A DNA stretch of 64,000 bases from an uncultured Gammaproteobacteria bacterium (GCA_964522435.1 CAZFUL010000001.1:117075-181074), one strand, 5' to 3'. Counted from the first letter of the stretch, positions 1-10,517 are shown. The notes: generated by a model from the letters alone, not told the origin. Numbers and translations: made by a program.

Positions 1-996
1 TTTCATGTTATTTATAAAACAGATGAAGATGCGGGACGAGAATATGAACTCTCTCATGTCTTAATTGCAAAACACACAGAAGCAGATATTTTACCTCCCT
101 ATAGCGCGTGGAAAACAACAGGGCTATCAGGAAAACAATTAGAACGCGCAGAAGTAGTAACAGATCCAACAACAGGTATGTTACATATTTCTTTACGCTT
201 TGATAAAGAAGGGGCACAACTGTTTGAAGATCTTACGAGAAATAATATTGGTCAGCCTATTGCTATCTTTTTAGACGGCAGCATTATTTCTCAACCAACC
301 GTACAGCAAGCAATTAGTGGTGGAGAAGCGGTAATTACCGGAACCTTTACCTTGCCAGAAGCAAAATTATTGGCGCAACGCTTAAATACGGGTGCCCTTC
401 CTATTCCTATTGAATTAGTCTCACAGCATACGGTAGGGGCAACGCTTGGTGCACTGTCACTCTCAAAGAGCGTACAAGCCGGTATTATTGGTATTGTGAT
501 ATTGATGCTCTTTATGGTGGCATATTATCGCTTACCAGGGGTACTTTCTGTAATTTCCTTACTATTATATATAGCCTTGACATTAGCTATATTTAAGTTT
601 ATTGGTGTTACCTTAACCTTGGCTGGTATTGCGGGATTGATTTTGTCTGTGGGAATGGCGATTGATGCCAATGTATTAATTTTTGAACGTCTCAAAGAAG
701 AACTACGCGCAGGAAAAAATCTTCGCATTGCTTCAGAAGAAGGATTTGTGCGTGCATGGACCTCTATTCGTGATGGAAATGTCTCTACCTTAATTACTTG
801 TGCCATTTTGATTTGGTTTGGTACTAGTTTTGTGCAAGGATTTGCCTTAACGCTTGCTATTGGTATTTGTGTGAGTATGTTTTGTGCGATTACGGTTACC
901 CGTGCATTATTACGTTTTATTATTCCTTGGTTTCCTCGATATGGAAACGCATTATTCTTAGGTGCTCGAAAAGAAGTACCAACCCAAACCGAATAA
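1..996 (+). CDS. secD: Protein translocase subunit SecD, C-terminal portion (5' end lies upstream of window start; frame 1 is open from nt 1)
   Basis: Open frame from position 1 with no upstream stop. C-terminal SecD/SecF-type 6-TM domain (LAGIAGLILSVGMAIDANVLIFERLKEE). Immediately followed by secF. Confidence 0.85.
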   Translation, partial: FHVIYKTDEDAGREYELSHVLIAKHTEADILPPYSAWKTTGLSGKQLERAEVVTDPTTGMLHISLRFDKEGAQLFEDLTRNNIGQPIAIFLDGSIISQPTVQQAISGGEAVITGTFTLPEAKLLAQRLNTGALPIPIELVSQHTVGATLGALSLSKSVQAGIIGIVILMLFMVAYYRLPGVLSVISLLLYIALTLAIFKFIGVTLTLAGIAGLILSVGMAIDANVLIFERLKEELRAGKNLRIASEEGFVRAWTSIRDGNVSTLITCAILIWFGTSFVQGFALTLAIGICVSMFCAITVTRALLRFIIPWFPRYGNALFLGARKEVPTQTE

Positions 997-999
997 TAT

Positions 1000-1923
1000 A
1001 TGATCGATATTATCAAATATAAACATATTCCTTTTATTTTTTCCGCAGTACTATTTCTTACGAGTGTTGTGTTGTTGATTACCATCGGGTTAAAACCGGG
1101 GATTGATTTTACCGGGGGAACTCTTATGGAATTAGATTTTTCTGAGTCACGACCTGATTTAGCGCAAATGCAAGAGGTGTTAGATGCGCAAGAATTGGGC
1201 ACGGTGCTTGTGCAGCCAGTAGATAGCACTGGCTATATTATAAAAATGGCGTATTTGAATGAAGACCAACACCAGCAAGTATTGAATGCGATTCGTACGA
1301 ACTTTCAACAAGGCGAAGAACGTATTTTAGAAAAACGGTTAGAAACCGTCGGGCCGTCTATTAGTAATGAATTAACGGAACGAGCAACAAAAACAGGGGT
1401 CGTCGTCGTGCTCGCCATTGTTATCTATGTTGCCTATGCCTTTCGTAAGGTCACCCAACCGATATCATCATGGAAATTTGGGGTAACAGCAATTATTGCG
1501 TTGTTGCATGATGTGCTTATTACCATGGGGGTGTTTGTGCTCTTGGGTAAATATGCCGGTGTCGAGGTAGATATTCCGTTTATTGTTGCGCTTCTTACTA
1601 TTTTAGGCTATTCCGTCAATGATACGATTGTCGTGTTTGATCGTATTCGCGAAAAATTATTGTTACGTGGTGGACAAGGCTTTGCGGATACGATTAACAA
1701 AAGTATTCACGAAACAATTCCTCGTTCTATTAATACCTCCGGGACAACCGTATTAGTATTGCTTGCCTTATTCTTATTTGGTGGAGAAAGTATTCGTTAT
1801 TTTGCCTTGGCATTAATTATTGGTATTGGATTTGGAACCTATTCATCTATATTCTTGGCAAGTCCGCTGTTACTGGTGTGGCATACGTTGGATGAAAAAT
1901 TTCGTAAAACAAAAAAAGCCTAA
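1000..1923 (+). CDS. secF: Protein translocase subunit SecF
   Basis: N-terminal TM followed by GIDFTGGT motif and a C-terminal SecD/F membrane domain. Start lies 4 nt after the secD stop. Confidence 0.9.
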   Translation: MIDIIKYKHIPFIFSAVLFLTSVVLLITIGLKPGIDFTGGTLMELDFSESRPDLAQMQEVLDAQELGTVLVQPVDSTGYIIKMAYLNEDQHQQVLNAIRTNFQQGEERILEKRLETVGPSISNELTERATKTGVVVVLAIVIYVAYAFRKVTQPISSWKFGVTAIIALLHDVLITMGVFVLLGKYAGVEVDIPFIVALLTILGYSVNDTIVVFDRIREKLLLRGGQGFADTINKSIHETIPRSINTSGTTVLVLLALFLFGGESIRYFALALIIGIGFGTYSSIFLASPLLLVWHTLDEKFRKTKKA

Positions 1924-1926
1924 GCA

Positions 1927-1960
1927 ATAAAAAACCCGAGCTTTCGGGTTTTTTTATTTT
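1927..1960 (+). terminator. Rho-independent terminator after secF
   Basis: aacccga-gctt-tcgggtt hairpin followed by a T-run. Confidence 0.6.
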
Positions 1961-2062
1961 TTGCTATACTTGCTTTATCTATACAGAAAATGATCGACCA
2001 TTCCTAACAAGAGTACATGAGGAATTGGCTCGATACTTAACTATCGTTGTAATACTCTTTGT

Positions 2063-2224
2063 ATGAATGATAAAACCTTACGCCATCTTATTGCAGGTCT
2101 TGTCACCGCCGCGGGCATTGTTATTTACCTTCAAGGCTATGTCTCTGGGGCGCGCGGTTGGTGGTTGACTATTGTTACCTTAATCGGGGTTTATCTTATT
2201 GTGTATAAATTAGTTGAAGCCTAA
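2063..2224 (+). CDS. Small hydrophobic protein (53 aa, about 2 TM)
   Basis: ATG-initiated ORF MNDKTLRHLIAGLVTAAGIVIYLQGYVSGARGWWLTIVTLIGVYLIVYKLVEA. It is below the 60-aa cutoff of the ORF track. It lies in the intergenic gap between secF and the next gene. Confidence 0.3.
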   Translation: MNDKTLRHLIAGLVTAAGIVIYLQGYVSGARGWWLTIVTLIGVYLIVYKLVEA

Positions 2225-2239
2225 TAACGGCATGTTGGT

Positions 2240-3610
2240 ATGCAAATTGGTCCGGTGTTTATTGATATGTCCTATCTGCAAGGTCTTTTGGATCGTGGCT
2301 TGTTTGGTATATTAGGCGAATTATTTATTCTTGGAGGATTTTTACTCTTTGTTTGGGTGTGTTTCTTTTTTGCTTTATCCTATTATCAAGAATATCGAGA
2401 AAATAAATTTACTGCAGATTGGCGATGGGTGGTATTAGCCGTAGACATTCCTCCGTTAAATGTACAAACACCCAAAGCCATTGAACAAATGTTTGCGCAC
2501 TTGGCGGGGGCATTTGATAAACCTGGAATAAAAGATAAGTTTCGTGGGGGCTATAAACAGCGCTGGTTTAGTTTTGAAATTATTAGTATCGAAGGCTATA
2601 TTCAATTTGTGATTCGCACAGAGGCTGCGTTTCAAAAATTGGTAGAAGCGGCATTATATGCCCAGTATCCTGATGCCGAAATTACAGAAGTAGAAGATTA
2701 TGTACAAGGATTACCAGATACCTTTCCAGATAAAACCTATGACATGTGGGCAGCTGACTTTGGTTTAGCCGAAAACGATGCCTTTCCTATCCGCAGTTAT
2801 CATGATTTTGAACATAGTATTTCTAAAGATACGGTGTTAAAAGACCCCATGGGAGCATTTTTAGAAAGTTTTAGCCATATTGGTCCAGGAGAACAAATGT
2901 GGTTTCAGATTATGATTGAGCCAATTGATAATGGCTGGAAAGATAAAGCAATTAAAAAAATTAAAGAACTTATTGGAGAAAAAGAAAAAGCAAAAACCAG
3001 TCCGCTTCAAAAATTATTAGATGTGCCTATTCAGACCGTTGGCTTATTAAGTGATCAGATTTACGGCGCTGTGGAGCGTGGTGGGGCAAAAGAAGAAAAA
3101 GGAGATAAAAATGAATTGCGCTATCTTACCCCAGGACAAAGTAAATTAGTAGAAGCCATGGAACAAAAAATTTCCATGATCGGGTTTAAAACAAAAATTC
3201 GCGGCGTGTATATTGCGCGTAAAGAAGTCTTTAAGCCAGAACGTGGCGTGCCTGCCCTTATTGGGGCAATGAATCAGTTTAATATTCCTACCTCCAATTC
3301 AATTGTGCCAAAATCAGGTGCGTCAAGTAATGAAAAAAAGACCCTGTTTATGATGGCCTATAAAAAGCGAAAATTAAAAATTGGTGCAAATCCATTTGTC
3401 TTGAATGTGGAAGAATTAGCAACCATTTGGCATTTCCCCATGTCTCATGTAAAAACGCCTATGGTGCAAAAAGTGGAAACCAAACAATCAGAGCCTCCTA
3501 TTGGTTTACCTATTGAGCGTGTTGATGCCCCAATTATTGCGGAAAAAAAGAAAAAAACAGAAAGTAGCACCGATGCCTTTGGCTACTCAAGTGATATGCA
3601 TTTTGGATAG
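2240..3610 (+). CDS. Hypothetical membrane-anchored protein (N-terminal TM helices, large soluble domain)
   Basis: 456-aa ORF with host-like AT-rich codon usage. No family recognised from sequence alone. Confidence 0.6.
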   Translation: MQIGPVFIDMSYLQGLLDRGLFGILGELFILGGFLLFVWVCFFFALSYYQEYRENKFTADWRWVVLAVDIPPLNVQTPKAIEQMFAHLAGAFDKPGIKDKFRGGYKQRWFSFEIISIEGYIQFVIRTEAAFQKLVEAALYAQYPDAEITEVEDYVQGLPDTFPDKTYDMWAADFGLAENDAFPIRSYHDFEHSISKDTVLKDPMGAFLESFSHIGPGEQMWFQIMIEPIDNGWKDKAIKKIKELIGEKEKAKTSPLQKLLDVPIQTVGLLSDQIYGAVERGGAKEEKGDKNELRYLTPGQSKLVEAMEQKISMIGFKTKIRGVYIARKEVFKPERGVPALIGAMNQFNIPTSNSIVPKSGASSNEKKTLFMMAYKKRKLKIGANPFVLNVEELATIWHFPMSHVKTPMVQKVETKQSEPPIGLPIERVDAPIIAEKKKKTESSTDAFGYSSDMHFG

Positions 3611-3616
3611 TCAATA

Positions 3617-3695
3617 AAAAAAACCGTTCCACTCTCCCTCGAAAATACTCGTATAGATAAAGTACTTTCGGTGGCGTTGGAACGGTTTTTTTGTT
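3617..3695 (+). terminator. Composite hairpin terminator (long stem aaccgttcca...ggaacggtt followed by T-run)
   Basis: Inverted repeat enclosing an inner hairpin, followed by tttttttg. Confidence 0.45.
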
Positions 3696-3722
3696 CACTG
3701 CCCCCGTTGTTTTTGTCGTCGG

Positions 3723-3908
3723 TCACTTGCGGCGTTTGGGCATCGTGTTTAAGGCAAATGCGCCAGAAATCACGAATAACGTGAGAGAAATATAGGCAAT
3801 CCACTCGGCCAGCCGAGGGAAGCCCAGGCCTTTGGTCGGCAGTGACAGCCAGACCGTAGCGAAGGAAAGCGCAAATGCTTTTGCGCTGATTCTGTTGATA
3901 GTTTCCAT
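3723..3908 (-). CDS. Small 2-TM membrane protein (61 aa) encoded in a G+C-rich islet
   Basis: Strong SD ggagga 6 nt upstream of the ATG on the minus strand. Local GC is about 50% against about 35% in the flanks. Hydrophobic profile with a basic C-terminus (MPKRRK). Confidence 0.45.
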   Translation of the reverse strand: METINRISAKAFALSFATVWLSLPTKGLGFPRLAEWIAYISLTLFVISGAFALNTMPKRRK

Positions 3909-4013
3909 CGATATCCTCCATCCTGTTGGGGGTGTAGGGCTATGCTAATAGCTCTTTTGCTTCTTGTCAACTGCTTGATTTTTTCCTCATGTTTCGCTAG
4001 TATCAATGCTATT

Positions 4014-4988
4014 ATGTGGGTAAACAATATTTTAAAACAAAAAAAACATATTCTTGCCTTGTCACCTATGGCAGACATGACGGATTCTTCGTTTTGCCAA
4101 ATGGTACGCCAAATTGGGGGAGCGGATGTCGTATTTAGAGAAATGGTAAGTAGCGAAGCCATTGTCCGAGAAAATGCCAAAACAATTGGCATGACTGATT
4201 TTGTGGAAGCGGAGCGTCCTATTGTGCAGCAAATTTTTGGCTCTGATCCACTCATTATGGCAAAAGCCGCTGAGATTGTGATGCAGCATGCCGCGCCAGA
4301 GGGGATTGATTTAAACATGGGTTGTCCGGTATATAAAATTACGAGCAATTTTAATGGTTGTGCTTTGATGAAAGATCCAGAACGGGCTGCCGCAATTATT
4401 AAAGAAATTAAACAAGCCATTGGTGATACGCCAGTTTCGGTAAAAATTCGTTTAGGGTGGAGCGATCCAGATGATTTTAAAAAATTTATCCCGGTTATAG
4501 AACAAGCGGGTGCAAGCTTAATTACCGTGCATGGCCGCACCAAAGCGCAAGGCTATAGTGGTAAAAGTGATTGGCAACGGATTGCACAAGCAAAAAAAAT
4601 TGCCACTGTGCCGTTATTAGCGAATGGCGATATTCATGAATGGCATCAGGTTACTGAGGCGCTTGATATTACGGGAGCTGATGGGGTACTCATTGCACGA
4701 GGTGCCTTGGGGAATCCTTGGTTTTTTCAACAATATCTCAAACAAGAGGGGAGTATTTCATTAGAAGAAAGAAAACGAGTGGTACTTGCCCATGCGCAGT
4801 TGCATGTACAACAATATGGAGAGCGAGGCATGGTAACCTTTCGTAAACATTTGGCCTGGTATTTTAAAACAAGTAAAATCGGATTTGAAATTCCAGGTAT
4901 TAAAGAATGGCGGATGAGAGCGATGCAGGTGGAGACCTTGGTAGAATTGCAAGGCTTGTTGCAAGAGCTCGTAGGCGAATCACTATAG
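4014..4988 (+). CDS. dus: tRNA-dihydrouridine synthase (Dus family)
   Basis: LSPMADMTD motif (LAPMAGxTD), FMN-binding TIM-barrel motifs and NMGCP. The real start is probably ATG 4014 or 4068 rather than 3942. Confidence 0.85.
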   Translation: MWVNNILKQKKHILALSPMADMTDSSFCQMVRQIGGADVVFREMVSSEAIVRENAKTIGMTDFVEAERPIVQQIFGSDPLIMAKAAEIVMQHAAPEGIDLNMGCPVYKITSNFNGCALMKDPERAAAIIKEIKQAIGDTPVSVKIRLGWSDPDDFKKFIPVIEQAGASLITVHGRTKAQGYSGKSDWQRIAQAKKIATVPLLANGDIHEWHQVTEALDITGADGVLIARGALGNPWFFQQYLKQEGSISLEERKRVVLAHAQLHVQQYGERGMVTFRKHLAWYFKTSKIGFEIPGIKEWRMRAMQVETLVELQGLLQELVGESL

Positions 4989-5051
4989 GGGGTTCTCTAC
5001 TTTATTAGTCTTTTTTTACTTATTTTAGCAAAATTTAATAATATATATCCC

Positions 5052-5079
5052 AAAAGCCTCTTGACAAAAGGCTTTTTTT
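5052..5079 (+). terminator. Hairpin aaaagcc(11 nt)ggctttt plus T-run after dus
   Basis: Seen in sequence. It overlaps the promoter below. Confidence 0.5.
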
Positions 5080-5089
5080 GTGCTATTAT
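5061..5089 (+). promoter_or_regulatory. Sigma70-like promoter TTGACA-17-TATTAT
   Basis: Perfect -35 TTGACA (5061-5066), 17-nt spacer and -10 TATTAT (5084-5089). It reads into GC-rich islet B and the ORF at 5790. Confidence 0.55.
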
Positions 5090-5255
5090 GTTTCGTTATC
5101 GTCGTATTTCATAACAGCAGCTATTGCCTGTTATTATGAAAACCGACGAGTCGTGTGTTACGACTTACGGTCCAGCGGCATTCCTGCCGCGAGCTGCTAT
5201 AACTGACCCAAGCAGTGTAAATAAATGGGTCCCCGTGGCATGAAGGAGAATACCC

Positions 5256-5516
5256 ATGCCCAATCCCGGTGAAACCCCCAGCACCCCTGCCACCACCTCC
5301 ATGGTGGCGCCCGTCCAGCCGGCCGCCGAGGTGCAGCCGGATCTGGCGTCTGTCGCCCCGGCCGAAGAGCCCCCCACCGTCACGGCGGTGGCCTCTGATA
5401 CCGACGGTAACGGGCTCACCGACCGCGTCGTCATGACCGGGGGGGGGATCATCCCCCTGGGAATCGCGGGAGGGGGGTCCCGTCCCGATCGTCCCCGGAT
5501 GCGCGGTAGCAACTAG
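5256..5516 (+). CDS. Possible small Pro/Ala/Gly-rich protein in a very GC-rich islet (uncertain coding)
   Basis: AAGGAG lies 8 nt upstream of the ATG. The region is over 70% GC and has long ORFs in several frames, so the coding call is weak. Confidence 0.2.
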   Translation: MPNPGETPSTPATTSMVAPVQPAAEVQPDLASVAPAEEPPTVTAVASDTDGNGLTDRVVMTGGGIIPLGIAGGGSRPDRPRMRGSN

Positions 5517-5789
5517 CCCCTCGGCGGGACCTCTTTATATGTACGCGTTCTGCGTATAAAGAGTTCATCTTCTGAACGCAGCACCTGGCCGGTCGCGCTT
5601 TTATAAGCGACCCTGCACAAGCGCTTGACTGTCATCCTCTGACATTCGCGCGACCGGCCCCACAAAAAAGTACATCAATAGTGGTGTGCTTTTTTGTTTT
5701 TATGAGGAATACACTGATATGTAACCAAATTGAATTAAAGGAAAAATAATGATAGTCTAACAAATGAAATTGTATTTAATCGTATTATT

Positions 5790-7181
5790 ATGTTTGCAGA
5801 GTTTAGACCAGAATATTTTTCTATTACAGATATTCATCAATTACCTGCTCAGGAACAGCAACGTCATATTGAATATTATTTAGAAACGAATATACGAGAA
5901 CTTATTCAATCTCGAGGAATACTTTCTGATGAAAGTTATGTGTTTTTAATGGATAGCTTAATGGAAAGGGGGGTATTGGATGCGGTTTTCCGTGATGGAG
6001 AAGATGCTCTGAATCCTCGAGATATACAATATTTAAGTCGATCTGAAAAAGGAAAAGAACTGCTCTTACATTTTTTTTCTAAGATTATGGTGTTGTTTAC
6101 TCCTGAACAATTAATTGATCTGTTAAAACAACAACAAGCCGATGAACAACTTATAGGAACTATTATTGAAAAAGTTCGTTCTCTTGAAAAGAGAAATGAG
6201 TTGGTTCAAGAAGTCTATACAGAATTTTCTAGGGAACCACAGACAGATATATTGGGAATAATAGTCAGCCTATACGAAAAAGGGATATTAACGGCTCGTC
6301 CTATATTTTGGGAAGAACATTCAGAAGATTTATTGCGGTTTAGTGTTCGTACGGGGAAGTCTTTTTCATTAACCTCTTTAGGTTATGTGTATGATACAAG
6401 CCAAAATCGTGAAAGACTTATTGCGGAAATACAAACAGAAAAGACCATTGCTAAAATTGTTATTAATAATGAAGCCGTTTCTGTATTGGAAGTTCTATTT
6501 ATTGCTCCTATAGATCAACAAGATGTCCCTCTTTCGACGGGGAATAATTTTGAAAATCCTAAGGCAGAGTTATATACAAAAGATAGCCCGGAACCAGGAT
6601 CTTCTTTTTGTGTTGGAGGAGCAAATACGTCAGAAGACATAAACAGTTTAGAGAAAATTAACAGTATTGCTATTGATGAAATCGAACGAGTAATGAAATC
6701 ACGAGGTGATCTTGATATCCAAGCGGGAGATTTAAAATTTGCTATTGCTGATAGTGGGTATCTTGGTGCTGAAGATAGCCTTAGGGAAACATTATTAGCT
6801 GATAATGAAACAGTTCAAACATTAGGGACAAATCATCAAACATTAGCTGTAGATTTATTTATTTTTCAGCGCTTAGCATATTTACTTCCTTCTGGTGAAT
6901 CAAAATCTCATATTGATTGTGTGTATGCTGGTGTTCCACTTCGTATTGATTGTAAACTAAGAACGCCAAGTCCTATTGATTCCCCTTTTGGAGATGAGAC
7001 TAGAGGACGTCAAGATATTATTGTAACAAACAAGAAAACAGGAAAATCAATATTTTTTTCTGAGCTACATCCATATATGATGTATCGATATGGGTTTTAT
7101 GAAGGAAAAGGTTGTTCCTATCGTTTAAATCCTAAAGATGTATTCGAGTTATTAAAAACCGATTTAGAAGAAAAAAAATAG
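5790..7181 (+). CDS. Hypothetical protein (463 aa), no recognisable domain
   Basis: Long ATG ORF with host-like composition. No family motifs recognised. Confidence 0.6.
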   Translation: MFAEFRPEYFSITDIHQLPAQEQQRHIEYYLETNIRELIQSRGILSDESYVFLMDSLMERGVLDAVFRDGEDALNPRDIQYLSRSEKGKELLLHFFSKIMVLFTPEQLIDLLKQQQADEQLIGTIIEKVRSLEKRNELVQEVYTEFSREPQTDILGIIVSLYEKGILTARPIFWEEHSEDLLRFSVRTGKSFSLTSLGYVYDTSQNRERLIAEIQTEKTIAKIVINNEAVSVLEVLFIAPIDQQDVPLSTGNNFENPKAELYTKDSPEPGSSFCVGGANTSEDINSLEKINSIAIDEIERVMKSRGDLDIQAGDLKFAIADSGYLGAEDSLRETLLADNETVQTLGTNHQTLAVDLFIFQRLAYLLPSGESKSHIDCVYAGVPLRIDCKLRTPSPIDSPFGDETRGRQDIIVTNKKTGKSIFFSELHPYMMYRYGFYEGKGCSYRLNPKDVFELLKTDLEEKK

Positions 7182-7234
7182 ATATATAGACTGTGTTGAA
7201 TAAGCGCTGAGTATATGCTAGGCTACCCCTAGCT

Positions 7235-9031
7235 ATGACCGATACAGAACGTATTAAAGAGGCAATGGATATCGTCGGCTTTATTGGTGAATATGTGCCC
7301 TTAAAATCTTCTGGCATCCACCATAAAGGGCGCTGTCCATTTCATTCTGAAAAATCACCCTCATTTATGGTAAGCCGAGAGCGAAATTCTTGGCATTGTT
7401 TTGGTTGTAATAAAGGGGGCGATATTTTTAGCTTTGTCCAAGAAATTGAAGGCATGGAATTTGTTGAGGCCTTAACGTTTTTAGCAAATCGTGCAGGTAT
7501 TGAATTAACCGGTAAACGAGCTACGGGAGAAGGTGGCACACAAAAAAATAGATTAAAAGAGATCATGACTGATGCGAGCAAATTTTATCATCATATTTTA
7601 GTCAACATGTCAGCAGCAAAAGCGGCAAGAGACTATGTAGCAACACGCGGCGTGAGTGACCAAAGTATTGTTGACTGGCGCATAGGGTTTGTGCCAGATC
7701 AATGGGATTTACTCACCAAATATTTATTAAAAAAAGGACATGCGATTGATGACCTTGTTGCCGCGGGGCTTACTATTAAACGGGATAATGCCAATCCGCA
7801 AAATTATAAAGGATTTTATGATCGTTTTCGTGGACGCATTATGTTTCCTATTAACGACGTCCATGGATATACCGTTGGTTTTACTGGACGAGTGCTTGTG
7901 GAAACAGAAAAAAGTGGGGGAAAGTATGTAAATACGCCTCAAACACTGTTATATGATAAATCACTGGTAGTATTTGGTTTGGATAAAGCAAAAAAAGTCA
8001 TTAAAGAAAAAAATGTGGCGGTTATTGTAGAAGGACAAATGGATGTGATAGCTTGCCACCAAGCAGGAATGAAGAACGTCGTGGCAAGTAGTGGCACGGC
8101 GCTTACAGAACAGCAGGTAGGCTTATTAAAACGCTATAGTGATAACATGGCTATGGCCTTTGATATGGATGCGGCGGGTCAACGAGCTGCAAAGCGGGGG
8201 ATTGATATTGCCATTGAACAAGGCTGTAGTGTGCGAGTGATTCGTATTCCTGATGGAAAAGGAAAAGATGCGGATGAGTGTATTCAAAAAAACAAAGAGG
8301 TATGGTTTGCCTCGGTGGAGAATGCACAAGATATTATGCAATGGTATTTGGATAAAGCGCTGAGCAAGGTAACCAATATTCATGATCCAAAACAAAAGCA
8401 GCTATTGGCAAATGAATTACTTCCAGATATTGCCCGGATTCCCTTTGCCGTAGAACAAGATCATTGGCTACAACGAGTGGCGCAATTGTTGCAGGTAGAG
8501 GTAGCGGTGTTACGAGAAGACATGAAACGGTATCCGGTAAAACCAGCGCCACAAACAGCCCCACAACAACCAGAGACGCCGCAACCCAAGGCGGCTGTTA
8601 CGGCGGTAAAAAAACCAGTCGCGCTCTCTCGTAAAGAACAATTGCAAGAACGTCTGTATATGTTGTTATTACGATTCACGGATTTACCTCAGATAGATAC
8701 CTTTTTTTCGTATCATAAGGCGCTTGAACAGGGGGCGTATAGCGCTCTTTACGAATATATAAAAAGCAGGTATACTCTTGGGAGTGCCAGTAGCGCTTTT
8801 GTAGGAGATATGCCTCTTTCGTTAGAGGTGCTTTTACTTAAAGCAGATGCTGAATTTGGTCATTTAATGCAAGACCAAGCGAGTATCGAGGCGAAAGGCT
8901 TATTAGAGGCTATTTACAACGAATGGAAAAAAGAACGACGCCAATTTCTTGAACGAGAAATTCAGCAAGCAGAACAGCAGGGCAACAGTGCCCAATTGGC
9001 CGCATTACTTCAAGAAGTACAACAATTATAA
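7235..9031 (+). CDS. dnaG: DNA primase DnaG
   Basis: CHC2 zinc finger ([13 protein letters not shown]...[11 protein letters not shown]) and a Toprim region ([11 protein letters not shown]). Followed by rpoD. Confidence 0.9.
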   Translation: MTDTERIKEAMDIVGFIGEYVPLKSSGIHHKGRCPFHSEKSPSFMVSRERNSWHCFGCNKGGDIFSFVQEIEGMEFVEALTFLANRAGIELTGKRATGEGGTQKNRLKEIMTDASKFYHHILVNMSAAKAARDYVATRGVSDQSIVDWRIGFVPDQWDLLTKYLLKKGHAIDDLVAAGLTIKRDNANPQNYKGFYDRFRGRIMFPINDVHGYTVGFTGRVLVETEKSGGKYVNTPQTLLYDKSLVVFGLDKAKKVIKEKNVAVIVEGQMDVIACHQAGMKNVVASSGTALTEQQVGLLKRYSDNMAMAFDMDAAGQRAAKRGIDIAIEQGCSVRVIRIPDGKGKDADECIQKNKEVWFASVENAQDIMQWYLDKALSKVTNIHDPKQKQLLANELLPDIARIPFAVEQDHWLQRVAQLLQVEVAVLREDMKRYPVKPAPQTAPQQPETPQPKAAVTAVKKPVALSRKEQLQERLYMLLLRFTDLPQIDTFFSYHKALEQGAYSALYEYIKSRYTLGSASSAFVGDMPLSLEVLLLKADAEFGHLMQDQASIEAKGLLEAIYNEWKKERRQFLEREIQQAEQQGNSAQLAALLQEVQQL

Positions 9032-9051
9032 TTTATATTTTTTTTCGGCAC

Positions 9052-10428
9052 ATGCCAGCAAAAAAAAATACAACCAAACGAACTGCCGCGGTGAAAACCG
9101 TTGCAACCAAAAAACGTGGAGTGAAACCCACTGCACGCAATACATCTCATAGTAAGCCTGTTGTTAAAAAGACAACGGCTTCAACAAAAAAAGCTCCTGC
9201 AAAACGCAGTATCATCGTTACCAAAACAAAAAAACCTGTCAGTAAAAAGCCGTCGCCTGATCTGCGACCAACAAATAGTCCTAGTAGAAAAGTACCACTC
9301 GAACCGGTGCTTCCTGTTGTTGAACCAACAGACGAAGCTGTGCGTATCCTGGTGCATAAAGGAAGAGGCAGAGGATTTTTAACAGAAAAAGAAGTAATCG
9401 CATTGTTTGATCGCTTAGAACAATATGTCTTTATTTACGAAGGATTTTTAGATTTACTTGATAAAAATAATATTGCGATTGTGGAAACCCCTGGCGGAGG
9501 GGGAGGATTACTCGGTCACTCAAAAGATCGTGCCGCCTTGTTATCTCATATTCAAGGCAAACAACCAGATGAAGAACGAGGGACATTTGACTTAGGAAAA
9601 ATATCTCAAGATTCTATTCAGATGTACTTGCGTGAAATTGGAAAAATTCCGTTGCTTTCTGCAGAAGATGAAGTGTCATTGGCAAAGAGAAAAGAGCGAG
9701 GAGACAAAATTGCAGAGCAACGCATGATTGAAGCAAATTTGCGCTTGGTGGTCTCTATTGCGAAAAAATTTGTGGGCAAACAACTCACCTTACTTGATTT
9801 GATTCAAGAAGGAAACATTGGGTTGTTTCGTGCGGTAAAAAAATTCGATTATCGTAAAGGATATAAATTTTCCACCTATGCCACGTGGTGGATTCGTCAA
9901 GCCATTACTCGTGCACTTGCAGATCAATCTCGTACCATTCGTATTCCGGTGCACATGGTAGAAACCATTAATCGCTTTAAACAAGTACAACGACGTTTAT
10001 TGCAAGATTTAGGGCGTGATCCAACACCAGAAGAATTGGCTGCGGAAATGGGTGAAGAATTGGTGAAAGTAAAACAAATTATCAAAATTTCTCAAGATAC
10101 GATTTCTTTAGAAACCTCTGTCGGCGATGATGATGACGATGATTCTCCGTTATCTGACTTTATTGAAGACGTAAAGAATGCGAGCCCTTCTCATGTGGCT
10201 GGGGTTGAACTCTTAAAAGAATATATTGATGAAGCCATTTCTCAATTATCTCCTCGAGAACAAAAGATTTTGGAAATGCGCTTTGGGTTGAAAGATGGGG
10301 TAACGCATACCTTGGAAGAAGTAGGAAAAGAATTTGATGTGACACGTGAACGTATCCGTCAAATTGAAGCAAAAGCTTTGGAAAAAATAAAAAACTTTGA
10401 TGTAATCCAAAAGTTGCAGGATTACTAA
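9052..10428 (+). CDS. rpoD: RNA polymerase sigma-70 factor RpoD with a Lys/Ala/Pro-rich N-terminal extension
   Basis: Regions 2-4 motifs ([40 protein letters not shown]; region 4 [22 protein letters not shown]). N-terminal ~90 aa resembles histone H1. Confidence 0.9.
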   Translation: MPAKKNTTKRTAAVKTVATKKRGVKPTARNTSHSKPVVKKTTASTKKAPAKRSIIVTKTKKPVSKKPSPDLRPTNSPSRKVPLEPVLPVVEPTDEAVRILVHKGRGRGFLTEKEVIALFDRLEQYVFIYEGFLDLLDKNNIAIVETPGGGGGLLGHSKDRAALLSHIQGKQPDEERGTFDLGKISQDSIQMYLREIGKIPLLSAEDEVSLAKRKERGDKIAEQRMIEANLRLVVSIAKKFVGKQLTLLDLIQEGNIGLFRAVKKFDYRKGYKFSTYATWWIRQAITRALADQSRTIRIPVHMVETINRFKQVQRRLLQDLGRDPTPEELAAEMGEELVKVKQIIKISQDTISLETSVGDDDDDDSPLSDFIEDVKNASPSHVAGVELLKEYIDEAISQLSPREQKILEMRFGLKDGVTHTLEEVGKEFDVTRERIRQIEAKALEKIKNFDVIQKLQDY

Positions 10429-10446
10429 GAGATGTATATAAAAATC

Positions 10447-10482
10447 CGATAGTTCCTCTATCGGATTTTTTTTGTGTATGAT
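10447..10482 (+). terminator. Rho-independent terminator after rpoD
   Basis: atccgatag-ttcct-ctatcggat hairpin plus T8. Confidence 0.55.
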
Positions 10483-10517
10483 ATAATTAGCATAGTTTTT
10501 AACCGAAACATATCCCT

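Noticed and set aside
525-1229. 234-aa minus-strand ORF inside secD/secF
   Set aside because: Antisense shadow of well-supported secD/secF. No RBS or family motifs.
3770-4543. 257-aa minus-strand ORF antisense to dus
   Set aside because: Overlaps a clearly conserved Dus gene. Low-complexity translation. Most likely a shadow ORF.
5165-5512. 115-aa minus-strand ORF in islet B
   Set aside because: Gly/Ala/Pro-rich translation of >70% GC DNA. No start context. Cannot be distinguished from noise.
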